NCBI GenBank assembly: GCA_963771175.1
Contig: CAVYSY010000024.1
Span: 96,001-160,000 of the forward strand
Reading direction: 5' to 3'
Source of the DNA: an uncultured delta proteobacterium
GTDB taxonomy: Bacteria > Myxococcota > Myxococcia > Myxococcales > Myxococcaceae
DNA length: 64,000 bases
Shown: positions 23,201 to 49,798 of the stretch, one piece after another
Layout of the letters: the number at the start of each line of letters is the position of its first letter
Numbering within the stretch: the first letter of the stretch is position 1
Notes under the pieces: model-generated
What the model saw: the letters and a program-made list of their open reading frames with translations, nothing else
The model's database searches: none
Told to the model about the DNA's origin: nothing
Position numbers and translations under genes: made by a program

Positions 23201-23267
23201 CAACCCCTTCCTCCTCGACCGGAATGGCAACGGCCACTTCGATGCCCCCGGCGTGGCCGCTCCGTGA
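20245..23267 (+). CDS. CehA/McbA-like (PHP-fold) metallohydrolase lipoprotein; several frameshifts
   Basis: Lipobox LAGC. DLHVH, STDHD, GLETTGH, QLNHP and NSDSH motifs are spread over consecutive frames. Confidence 0.75.
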
Positions 23268-23287
23268 ATCGAGGGAACACCGTGAAC

Positions 23288-24112
23288 ATGTCCCGACTCT
23301 TCGTCGCGCTCGCCGCCCTGCTGCTCGTGCCCGCCTCCGCCCGCGCGGAAGGCGCGTGTGAGCAGTGGATCGCCCCCGCGCTCGCCGAGGGCCCCATCCC
23401 CTTCGGCTACCTGTCCGCCGATGTCGCCACCGGCCGCCGGGCCTGCCCTCGCACCGAGGCGGGCCTGGGCCTCCAGGGTGGAGCCATCGTGGAGACCGCC
23501 AACTTCTACGGTGCCATCACCGCCGCCGGACTCGTGTCCGGCAGCTACGCCGTGCGCCCGGACCTGGAGGTCTTCGCCACCCTGGAGGTCCCCCGCTTCC
23601 AGTTCGTCCAGAACGCCACCCTCACGGGAACCCGGCTGACGCTCGGACAGCTCACCGCCGGGGCCACGTACGTGGCGCTGACGCGTGGCGCGTTCGTGCT
23701 GTCCCCGAGCGTGCGGCTGCAGCTCCCCACGTCCTTCGCGAGCCCGCGCACGCGGACGCTGGGCGGGGAGCTCGGGGCCGCGGTGCTGTACCGCCCCACG
23801 GACCGCTTCGAGGTCCACGGGTACGCGGGCGCGGACGTGTCCGCGGGCCTGGGTGCCGCGGCCGCGATGCCGCGCGCCGGCTTCCTGGTGAACGTCGGCT
23901 CCGAGTACGCCCTCTGCAGCGGCTTCGCCGCCGTGCTCGATGCCAACGTCCACTTCGGGCACCGGGACGTGCTCGACTACGTGGCCCCGGCCATCGGGCT
24001 GCGGTTCCGCGCGGGCGAGCACTTCGGCGCGGAGCTGGGCGCGAGCCTCCCCCTGCTGGGCGCCGAGCGGGCGCTCGCCATCGGCGGGCTGAAGCTCTCG
24101 TACCGGATGTAA
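23288..24112 (+). CDS. Putative outer-membrane beta-barrel protein
   Basis: Signal peptide, alternating beta-strand pattern and C-terminal LKLSYRM. Confidence 0.65.
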   Translation: MSRLFVALAALLLVPASARAEGACEQWIAPALAEGPIPFGYLSADVATGRRACPRTEAGLGLQGGAIVETANFYGAITAAGLVSGSYAVRPDLEVFATLEVPRFQFVQNATLTGTRLTLGQLTAGATYVALTRGAFVLSPSVRLQLPTSFASPRTRTLGGELGAAVLYRPTDRFEVHGYAGADVSAGLGAAAAMPRAGFLVNVGSEYALCSGFAAVLDANVHFGHRDVLDYVAPAIGLRFRAGEHFGAELGASLPLLGAERALAIGGLKLSYRM

Positions 24113-24436
24113 CGGTGTGCGGGGGACGGAGTGCTCGCAGGAAGCACTCCCCTCCTCCGACCGGGAAGGCCCTGCCTCCCCCGTCCGGTAGCCCATGACA
24201 TCCACCGGCAGGGTGCACGGCGGTCAGGGCTGCATTAGCGCCAGACAAAAGCTGAACAGGTCAGCCTGCCCCCACTGCGAGTAGAGGCTCGACCCTCCCC
24301 ACACAAACGTTTGCTGGAGACTTGCTGGCAGGCAATTCCTCGCATAGTCCCACGAGGAATTCCCGTGACCGGATTCGTGTCACACCTGTCCCGGCTGATA
24401 TGTCCATGGCAGGAAAAGCCAGGACGGCAAGTCTAC

Positions 24437-26671
24437 ATGCAACCTCATTCCAGTCCCCGAGCCCCCCTGGCCCGATCGACGCTCCTCAAGATGGGTGCGC
24501 GTGTCGGGGTCATCATCGCCCTCACCACCCTCATCAGCTATCTCCACATGCTGCACACCCTGCGCATCGAGGCTCTCGCGCAACTGGAGCATCATGTCTC
24601 GGAGCGCAGCCATGGCGAGCAGGCCCTCTTCGTGCTGGCGGAGGACAATCACGCCGTCCTCAAGAAGGCCCTGGAGGAGAGGATTCGAGCCCTCACCCTG
24701 GAGGAGGTCAACGCTCGCTTCGACCGCCTGTTCGTGCACCTGCCCGATGGCACGGTGCGCAACCGTCCCGAAAGCTTCGATGGCACCCGCATGCCGGGCA
24801 TCTTCGTCCCCAGGGGAGTGAGCCTGGACGCGGACCTGCGCCGCCGGATCCTGGCCTCGTATGACGTGCTCTCCCATTACGGGCCTGCCTTCCATACGCG
24901 CTTCACGGACACCTACGTCACGCTGCCGGAAGGGCCGCTCATCCTCTACTGGCCTGCTCGCCCCTCCTATACGCAGGACGCCGCGCCCGACTGGTCGCTC
25001 ATCACCATGCCGTACTTCCCCAGCAGCCGCCCCGAGAACAATCCGGAGAGGAAGACGGACTGGTCCCAGGTCTTCGTGGATGAGGTCGCCCAGAGTTCGC
25101 TGGTCACGGTCTCCACACCGCTGGACCTGGATGGCCGCCATGTCGCGACCCTCAGCCACGACGTCCTCCTCGAGCAGATGGTGGCCCGCACCGCCAACAA
25201 CCGGCTGCCCGGCGCTTACAACATCATCTTCCGCGACAACGGCGATCTCATCGCCCATCCCGAGCTGGTGACGACTGATGCCACCGGCGTCTACAACATC
25301 CTCGCCGACTCCGGGCCATCGGACGGCGCCATGCGGCTCGGTACCCCGGAGCAACAGGCCCACCTGCGAAACATCTTCGAACGGGTGAAGAACCGCTCGC
25401 CCAATCAGCGCGCGCTGGAGCTGGCGGAGCACGACGAGCACCTGGCCGTCGCACAGCTCCAGGGCCCCGGATGGAACTTCGTCACCGTGCTGCCCGAGAG
25501 CGAGGTATCCCGGCCCGCCTTCCAGGCCGCGCGTTACGTCCTGCTGCTCGGCGTGCTCTCGCTGCTGCTGGAGCTGGTCATCATGTACTGGGTGCTCCAG
25601 GAGCAGATCACCCGTCCGCTTCTCGCCCTGACCCGAGCCACCGACCGGGTGGCCGCTGGAGACTTCAAGGTCGAGCTCGACACCTCACGCAAGGACGAGC
25701 TGGGGCAGCTCGCCCAGTCCTTCCAGCTCATGACCGACAAGGTCCAGCATCGCGAGGAGGAGCTGCGCCAGGCCAACGAAGGATTGGAGCAGCGCGTCGA
25801 GGAGCGCACCCGCGAGCTCAAGGACGTCCATATCCAGCTCGTCAAGACGGCCCGGCAGGCCGGCATGGCGGAGATCGCCACCAACGTGCTGCACAACGTG
25901 GGCAACGTGCTCAACAGCGTCTACACCTCCGCCCAGGTCGCCAAGGAGCGCATCTCCGGCATGCGCCTGGAGCACGTGGGCCGCGTCGCCAACATGCTCC
26001 AAGAGCGCCAGAGCGACCTCTCCACCTTCATCACCGAGGACGAGCGGGGCCGCCACCTCATGCCCTTCCTCAGCAAGCTCGGACAGAACCTGGTGGATGA
26101 ACGCCAGGAAATCGTCTCGCTGCTCGATGACGTGGGCCGCTACACCGAGCACATCGGCGACATCGTCAAGGTGCAACAGAATTACGCCAAGGTTCCCCGA
26201 CTCCACGAAGCGGTCAATCTGGCCGACCTGGTGGAGGACGCCCTGCGCATCAACTCGGCCGGGCTCACCCGCCACCAGGTGAAGATTCAACGCCACCTGG
26301 CCTCCCTCCCCCAGGTGCTGACCGACAAGAACAAGCTGCTGATGATTCTGGTCAACCTGGTCAGCAACGCCAAGTACGCCATGGACGATGTGCCGGTCGC
26401 CGAGCGGATTCTGGACGTGAAGATGGAGCACCTGCCCACCGACCGCGTCCGCATCTCCATCCATGACGATGGCATGGGCATCGCACCGGAGATGCTCACG
26501 CGCATCTTCCAATATGGCTTTACCACCCGCGAGGAAGGACACGGCTTCGGCCTGCACTCCAGCGCCCTCGCCGCCCAGGAGTTGGGCGGCTCCCTGTCCG
26601 TCCACAGTGACGGGCCTGGCAAGGGCGCCACCTTCACGCTGGAAGTTCCCTTCTATCCGTCCAGCAAGTAG
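24437..26671 (+). CDS. Sensor histidine kinase (Cache-like sensor, HAMP, HATPase)
   Basis: Two TM helices, HAMP DELGQLA, H-box ATNVLHNVGN, NLVSNA and GHGFGL. Confidence 0.92.
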   Translation: MQPHSSPRAPLARSTLLKMGARVGVIIALTTLISYLHMLHTLRIEALAQLEHHVSERSHGEQALFVLAEDNHAVLKKALEERIRALTLEEVNARFDRLFVHLPDGTVRNRPESFDGTRMPGIFVPRGVSLDADLRRRILASYDVLSHYGPAFHTRFTDTYVTLPEGPLILYWPARPSYTQDAAPDWSLITMPYFPSSRPENNPERKTDWSQVFVDEVAQSSLVTVSTPLDLDGRHVATLSHDVLLEQMVARTANNRLPGAYNIIFRDNGDLIAHPELVTTDATGVYNILADSGPSDGAMRLGTPEQQAHLRNIFERVKNRSPNQRALELAEHDEHLAVAQLQGPGWNFVTVLPESEVSRPAFQAARYVLLLGVLSLLLELVIMYWVLQEQITRPLLALTRATDRVAAGDFKVELDTSRKDELGQLAQSFQLMTDKVQHREEELRQANEGLEQRVEERTRELKDVHIQLVKTARQAGMAEIATNVLHNVGNVLNSVYTSAQVAKERISGMRLEHVGRVANMLQERQSDLSTFITEDERGRHLMPFLSKLGQNLVDERQEIVSLLDDVGRYTEHIGDIVKVQQNYAKVPRLHEAVNLADLVEDALRINSAGLTRHQVKIQRHLASLPQVLTDKNKLLMILVNLVSNAKYAMDDVPVAERILDVKMEHLPTDRVRISIHDDGMGIAPEMLTRIFQYGFTTREEGHGFGLHSSALAAQELGGSLSVHSDGPGKGATFTLEVPFYPSSK

Positions 26672-26869
26672 AGCAAGCAGGCTCGCCATGCTAGGTTCCC
26701 CAGGAGGCCTCGTGACGAGCAATCCCTTGCATGCTCCCATGAGGAATTCCAATGACGGGTTCTATGTCAATTGGGTCATCGTCGACCGACCGAGGGACAT
26801 GCACTGGCTTACGCAGGGGGCGCCAGACCCGCATGCCCGCGGACAGCGAAGCCATGTCGGCAAGTCGCC

Positions 26870-29095
26870 ATGCATCCTTCTTCCAGCCCAACAGCGCCCC
26901 TGGCCCGCTCGACACTCCTCAGGATGGGCGCGCGCGTTGGAGTCGTCATCGCGCTGACCACCCTCGTCAGCTACTTCCACATCCACCACTCCCTGCACGC
27001 CGAGGCCCTCGCGCGGTTGGAGCAGCACGCCACTGAGCGCGGCCAGCGAGAAGAAGCCATCTTCCTGCAGGCCGAGGACAATCACGTCGTCCTCAAGGAG
27101 GCCCTGGAGGAGAGAATCCGAGCCCTCTCCGAGGAGGAGATCAACTCCCGCTTCGACAAGCTGTTCGCGCGGCTACCGGACGGCACGATCCGCCGCCACC
27201 GCGAGGGCTTCGACGGCACGCGGATGGTGGGCCTCTTCGTGCCCAGGGGCGTGAAGGTGGACACCGACATGCGCCGCCGGATCCTGGCCTCGTATGACGT
27301 CCTCACCCAGTACGGGCCCGCCTTCCATGTCCGCTTCACCGATACCTTCATCACGCTGCCGGAAGGGCCGCTCATCCTCTACTGGCCCTCGCGCCCCACC
27401 TTGACCCTGGATTCCGCGCCCACGGAGTCGCTCATCGCCCAGGAGTACTTCCCCATCAGCCTCCCCGAGAACAACCCGGAGAGGAAGACGGCGTGGTCCG
27501 GCATCTACATGGATGAGTTCGTCAAGAGCTCGCTGGTCACGATCTCCACGCCGCTGGACCTGGACGGTCGCCATGTCGCGACGATCAGCCATGACGTCAC
27601 CATCGAGGAATTGATGGCGCGCACCGTCAACGACCACCTGCCCGGCGCCTACAACGTGCTCCTTCGCGACAATGGCGAGCTCATCGCCCATCCCTGGCTG
27701 AAGCTGAAGGGGGCCACCAGCAACGCCGCGCAGCCCGGGGTCTCCCCCGTGCAACTCGACACCCCGGAGCAGCAGGCCCACCTGCGAAGCCTCATCGAGC
27801 AGTTGAAGAACCGCTCGCCCGAGCAGCGCATGCTGGAGCTGCCGGAGTACGGTGAGTACCTCGCCGTCGTGCGGCTCCAGGGCCCAAGATGGAACTTCGT
27901 CACCGTGCTGCCCGAGAGCGAGGTATCCCGGCCCGCCTTCCAGGCCGCGCGCTACGTGCTCCTGCTGGGTGTGCTGTCCCTGCTGCTGGAGCTGGTCATC
28001 ATGTACTGGGTGCTCCAGGAGCAGATCACCCGTCCGCTTCTCGCCCTGACCCGAGCCACCGACCGGGTGGCCTCTAGTGACTTCAAGGTCGAGCTCGACA
28101 CCTCACGCAAGGACGAGCTGGGGCAGCTCGCCCAGGCCTTCCGGCTCATGGCCGACAAGGTCCAGCACCGCGAGGAGGAGCTGCGACAGGCCAATGACGG
28201 ACTGGAGCGGCGCGTCGAGGAGCGCACCCGCGAGCTCAAGGACGTCCATGAGCAGCTCGTCAAGACGGCTCGGCAGGCCGGCATGGCGGAGATCGCCACC
28301 AACGTGCTGCACAACGTGGGCAACGTGCTCAACAGCGTCTACACCTCCGCCCAGGTCGCCAAGGAGCGCATCTCCGGCATGCGCCTGGAGCACGTGGGCC
28401 GCGTCGCCAACATGCTCCAGGAGCGCCAGAGCGACCTCTCCACCTTCATCACCGAGGACGAGCGGGGCCGCCACCTCATGCCCTTCCTCAGCAAGCTCGG
28501 ACAGAACCTGGTGGATGAACGCCAGGAAATCGTCTCGCTGCTCGACGATGTGGGCCGCTACACCGAGCACATCGGCGACATCGTCAAGGTGCAACAGAAT
28601 TACGCCAAGGTTCCCCGACTCCACGAAGCGGTCAATCTGGCCGACCTGGTGGAGGACGCCCTGCGCATCAACTCGGCCGGGCTCACCCGCCACCAGGTGA
28701 AGATTCAACGCCACCTGGCCTCCCTCCCCCAGGTGCTGACCGACAAGAACAAGCTGCTGATGATTCTGGTCAACCTGGTCAGCAACGCCAAGTACGCCAT
28801 GGACGATGTGCCGGTCGCCGAGCGGATTCTGGACGTGAAGATGGAGCACCTGCCCACCGACCGCGTCCGCATCTCCATTCATGACAACGGCATGGGCATC
28901 GCACCGGAGATGCTCACGCGCATCTTCCAATATGGCTTTACCACCCGCGAGGATGGGCACGGCTTCGGCCTGCACTCCAGCGCCCTCGCCGCCCAGGAGT
29001 TGGGCGGCTCCCTGTCCGTCCACAGTGACGGGCCTGGCAAGGGCGCCACCTTCACGCTGGAAATTCCCTTCTACCCGGCCCAGGAGACGAAATGA
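26870..29095 (+). CDS. Sensor histidine kinase, tandem paralog
   Basis: Same architecture as the upstream kinase, with a near-identical C-terminal half. Confidence 0.92.
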   Translation: MHPSSSPTAPLARSTLLRMGARVGVVIALTTLVSYFHIHHSLHAEALARLEQHATERGQREEAIFLQAEDNHVVLKEALEERIRALSEEEINSRFDKLFARLPDGTIRRHREGFDGTRMVGLFVPRGVKVDTDMRRRILASYDVLTQYGPAFHVRFTDTFITLPEGPLILYWPSRPTLTLDSAPTESLIAQEYFPISLPENNPERKTAWSGIYMDEFVKSSLVTISTPLDLDGRHVATISHDVTIEELMARTVNDHLPGAYNVLLRDNGELIAHPWLKLKGATSNAAQPGVSPVQLDTPEQQAHLRSLIEQLKNRSPEQRMLELPEYGEYLAVVRLQGPRWNFVTVLPESEVSRPAFQAARYVLLLGVLSLLLELVIMYWVLQEQITRPLLALTRATDRVASSDFKVELDTSRKDELGQLAQAFRLMADKVQHREEELRQANDGLERRVEERTRELKDVHEQLVKTARQAGMAEIATNVLHNVGNVLNSVYTSAQVAKERISGMRLEHVGRVANMLQERQSDLSTFITEDERGRHLMPFLSKLGQNLVDERQEIVSLLDDVGRYTEHIGDIVKVQQNYAKVPRLHEAVNLADLVEDALRINSAGLTRHQVKIQRHLASLPQVLTDKNKLLMILVNLVSNAKYAMDDVPVAERILDVKMEHLPTDRVRISIHDNGMGIAPEMLTRIFQYGFTTREDGHGFGLHSSALAAQELGGSLSVHSDGPGKGATFTLEIPFYPAQETK

Positions 29096-29607
29096 GCAAC
29101 TGTGACAACAAGAGGCGGATCCTCGTCATCGACGATTCCGAGGCCATCCACACGGACTTCCGCCGGATCCTCTGCTCGGAGCAGCGCAAGGGTCAGGACG
29201 ATCTCGACCTGTTGGAAGAGGCGCTCTTCGGCACGGCTCCCTCTCGCGGCGATTCCTCCAACGATCCGGAGTTCGAAGTGGATTCGGCATTCCAGGGACA
29301 GGAGGGGCTTACCAAGGTCCGGGCGGCCCTGGAGACGGGCCAGACCTACTCCCTGGTCTTCCTCGACTACCGGATGCCGCCCGGCTGGAACGGCGCCGAG
29401 ACCCTACGGCGCCTGCGGCAGGTGGCTCCCTCGCTGCGGGTGGTGCTCTGCTCGGCCTACTCCGACTACTCCTGGGAGTCGATGCTCAAGGAGTTCGGCC
29501 AGTCCCAGTTGCTGAAGGAGCTGCGAAAGCCTTTCAACGGCCAGGAAGTGCGCCAGTTGGTGCACAACCTCACCGCGCAGCAGGGCGGCTCTCACGCGCC
29601 GGCGTGA
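29092..29607 (+). CDS. Single-domain response regulator (receiver with acidic insertion)
   Basis: VIDD, FLDYRMPPG, CSAY and KPF motifs. ATGA overlap with the kinase. Confidence 0.88.
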   Translation: MSNCDNKRRILVIDDSEAIHTDFRRILCSEQRKGQDDLDLLEEALFGTAPSRGDSSNDPEFEVDSAFQGQEGLTKVRAALETGQTYSLVFLDYRMPPGWNGAETLRRLRQVAPSLRVVLCSAYSDYSWESMLKEFGQSQLLKELRKPFNGQEVRQLVHNLTAQQGGSHAPA

Positions 29608-31972
29608 GCCAGTAGCGCTGACGCTGGAAGGGATAGGTGGGCAGGGTGACCCGACGCCGCGCATACGGGGCGTCGTAGGCCGCCCAGTTCACCTCCACGC
29701 CCCTCACGTACAGCCCGCCCAGCGTCTCCAGGATACGAGGCCACTCCGCACGAAGCTCCAGGCACACGTCCACGCCGTGGGCCTTCAGCACCTTCTCCGC
29801 CTCTTCCCACTGCGCCGCCTGCTGCCCTCGCGCCCTGCGCCAGTACTCCTCCTGGCTCGCCTCCGCTCCGGGCGCCGTCCCACTCTCCGCGCTCACCAGC
29901 AGCACCTTCGGCACCGCGTACGGCCCCTGCTTCCCCGGCTTGCCCACCGCCAGTCTCAGCCCCTCCTCCAGGCTGAACACTCCCGCCTCCACTCCCGCCA
30001 CGTACTCCCCTACTCCCTGCCCCACCACCGCCCTCGGCTCCACTCCCCACTCCCTCCACATTCGCGCCTGCGCCCACTCCAGCGCGAACACCGCCGCCTT
30101 CCCGTATCCCTCCTCCTTCAGCAGCGCTGACTCCTCCCCGTACAGCACCTGCTCCAGCCGCTTCTCCAGCACTCCCTTCAGCCCCTGCGCACACCTCTCC
30201 ACTGCCTCCCTGAACGCAGGCTGCGTCTCGTACAACTCCCTCCCCATTCCCGCGTACCGCTCTCCCTCTCCTCCGAATACGAAGGCCACCTTCGGCGCCG
30301 TGGCCCCCGTCCTCCCCGCCACCACTCCCTCCACCTCTCGTCCGCTCGCCGCCGCTTCCAGCCTCTCTCGCACCTGCTGCGCGCTGCCGCCCACCACCGC
30401 CAGTCGGTGCTCGAAGTGCGCCCTTCCCGTCGCCGCCGTGAAGCACACGTCTCCCACCTCCGCTCCGCCCTCCGCCAGCGCCCGCGCGTAACGGCCCGCC
30501 TGCACTCGCAGGGCCTCCGCGCCGCGCCCCGATACCACCAGCACGTGCTCCGGCCTCTCCACCTCCCGCGTCCGCACGGGCATCGACGGCGCCTCCTCCA
30601 ACACCACGTGTGCCAACGTGCCGGTCCTCCCGTACGAGGTCACTCCCGCGATGCGCCGGCCCTGCGTCGGCTCCCACGGCGTCAGTTCCACCGGCACCTT
30701 CACCCCCATCCCCTTCCAGTCGATGTTCGGATTGGGTTGCTTCAGATGCAGGTGCGCCGGCAACTGCTTGTGCTGCATCGCCAGCACCACCTTCATCATT
30801 CCCACCACGCCCGAGGCCGCCTCCGGGTAGCCGAGGTTCGTCTTCACCGAGCCCATCCACAGCGACTCCCCGCCCTTCCTCCCCTCCTTCAGCACCGACC
30901 ACATCGCCTCCGCCTCGATGGGGTCTCCCAGCGCCGTCCCCGTGCCGTGCGCCTCCAGGTAGCTCACCTCGGCCGGTGACACTCCCGCGCCCTGCAATGC
31001 CTGTCGGATGACGGATTGCTGTGCCACCCCATTCGGCACCGTGAACGAGCTGCTCGGGCCGTCATGCCCCACCGCCGAGCCTCGAATGACCGCCAGGATG
31101 TTGTCTCCCTGCGCCTGGGCCTCCGACAGCCGCTTGAGCACCAGCACGCCACAGCCCTCGGCTCGCCCGAACCCATCCGCCGAGGCATCGAAGGTCTTGC
31201 AGCGTCCGTCCGCCGAGAGCGCCCCGCTGCAGGAAAGATAGACACTCACCTCCGGCGAGAGGATGAGGTTCACCCCCGCCGCCAGCGCCACCGCGCACTC
31301 GCCGTTCCGCAAGCTCTGGCAGGCCAGGTGCAGCGCCACCAGCGACGACGAGCACGCCGTGTCCACCACCAGGCTCGGCCCCTGAAAGCCAAACAGATAC
31401 GACAGCCGCCCCGAGATGGCGCAGTTCGCTCGCGCGCCAATGAAATACGGGTCGATGCCCTCCAGGCCCCCCGCCTCCAGCGCGAGCTGCCCGTAATCGT
31501 TGTTCATCGCCCCCACGAAGACGCCCACCCGCTCGCGCCGGCCTCGCTCCACCGCGTGTCCGGCCCGCTCCAGGGCCTCCCAGGCCACCTCCAATACCAG
31601 CCGCTGCTGCGGATCCATGCTCTCCGCCTCGCGCTGCGAGAGGCCGAAGAACCGTGCGTCGAACCGGTCCACGTCCTTCAGGAAGCCGCCCCGCCGAGTC
31701 CGCATCCTCCCCTTCGCCTGGGGATCCGGATCGTAGAAGGCCTCCGCGTCCCAGCGCTCCGGGGGAACCTCGCTGGTGGCATCCACTCCCTTCACCAGCA
31801 GGTCCCAGAGGGCCTCCGGGCTCTCCACTCCTCCGGGTAGCCGGCAGGCCATCCCGATGAGCGCGATCGGCTCGCGACGGGCGGCCTCGGCCTGCTCCAC
31901 CCGCGCCTCCAGCTTGCGGATCTTCACCAACTGCTGCTGCAGCAGTTGGCGATAGTTGATTTCCTCGGACAT
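29570..31972 (-). CDS. Type I PKS gene 3: docking domain, variant KS, inactive AT; no ACP or TE
   Basis: DTACSSS and HGTGT are intact, but KTNLGYPEAASG replaces GHLE. The AT remnant has GQGVGE. The protein ends just after YPFQRQRYW. Confidence 0.9.
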   Translation of the reverse strand: MSEEINYRQLLQQQLVKIRKLEARVEQAEAARREPIALIGMACRLPGGVESPEALWDLLVKGVDATSEVPPERWDAEAFYDPDPQAKGRMRTRRGGFLKDVDRFDARFFGLSQREAESMDPQQRLVLEVAWEALERAGHAVERGRRERVGVFVGAMNNDYGQLALEAGGLEGIDPYFIGARANCAISGRLSYLFGFQGPSLVVDTACSSSLVALHLACQSLRNGECAVALAAGVNLILSPEVSVYLSCSGALSADGRCKTFDASADGFGRAEGCGVLVLKRLSEAQAQGDNILAVIRGSAVGHDGPSSSFTVPNGVAQQSVIRQALQGAGVSPAEVSYLEAHGTGTALGDPIEAEAMWSVLKEGRKGGESLWMGSVKTNLGYPEAASGVVGMMKVVLAMQHKQLPAHLHLKQPNPNIDWKGMGVKVPVELTPWEPTQGRRIAGVTSYGRTGTLAHVVLEEAPSMPVRTREVERPEHVLVVSGRGAEALRVQAGRYARALAEGGAEVGDVCFTAATGRAHFEHRLAVVGGSAQQVRERLEAAASGREVEGVVAGRTGATAPKVAFVFGGEGERYAGMGRELYETQPAFREAVERCAQGLKGVLEKRLEQVLYGEESALLKEEGYGKAAVFALEWAQARMWREWGVEPRAVVGQGVGEYVAGVEAGVFSLEEGLRLAVGKPGKQGPYAVPKVLLVSAESGTAPGAEASQEEYWRRARGQQAAQWEEAEKVLKAHGVDVCLELRAEWPRILETLGGLYVRGVEVNWAAYDAPYARRRVTLPTYPFQRQRYWLTPARESRPAAR
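29755..30975. repeat. Near-identical ~1.2 kb duplicate of ~35080-36300 (KS C-terminus plus inactive AT)
   Basis: Long identical runs, e.g. CTCCAGGCACACGTCCACGCCGTGGGCCTTCAGC, occur at both loci. Confidence 0.9.
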
Positions 31973-31980
31973 CTCCGACC

Positions 31981-49468
<17,488 letters not shown>

Positions 49469-49798
49469 GGTGATGCCTTCCTGTGTCCGTCAAAGGTCCA
49501 CTGCGCACTTGGCGAGTGTCAACCAGCCCAACTGTCAATGAATTACGACCCTCACGGGTTTCACTGGATTCACACGCGCGGTGCGTTGATTCCTCTCACG
49601 GATGCTCATCCCCCCACCTTGCGGCCGAACACTCACGGACAGAGACATGCACCGTCCGGAATTGGCCCGCTTCAAAATCGCATGTCTCTGTATTCCTGGG
49701 TAGCGGGTAAAGACAGACCCCCATCCTTTACGGGAGATCCGGGAATACTGACGCACCCGGACATCCCGCCCACACTCCCAGCCAATTCCTGGCAACAC

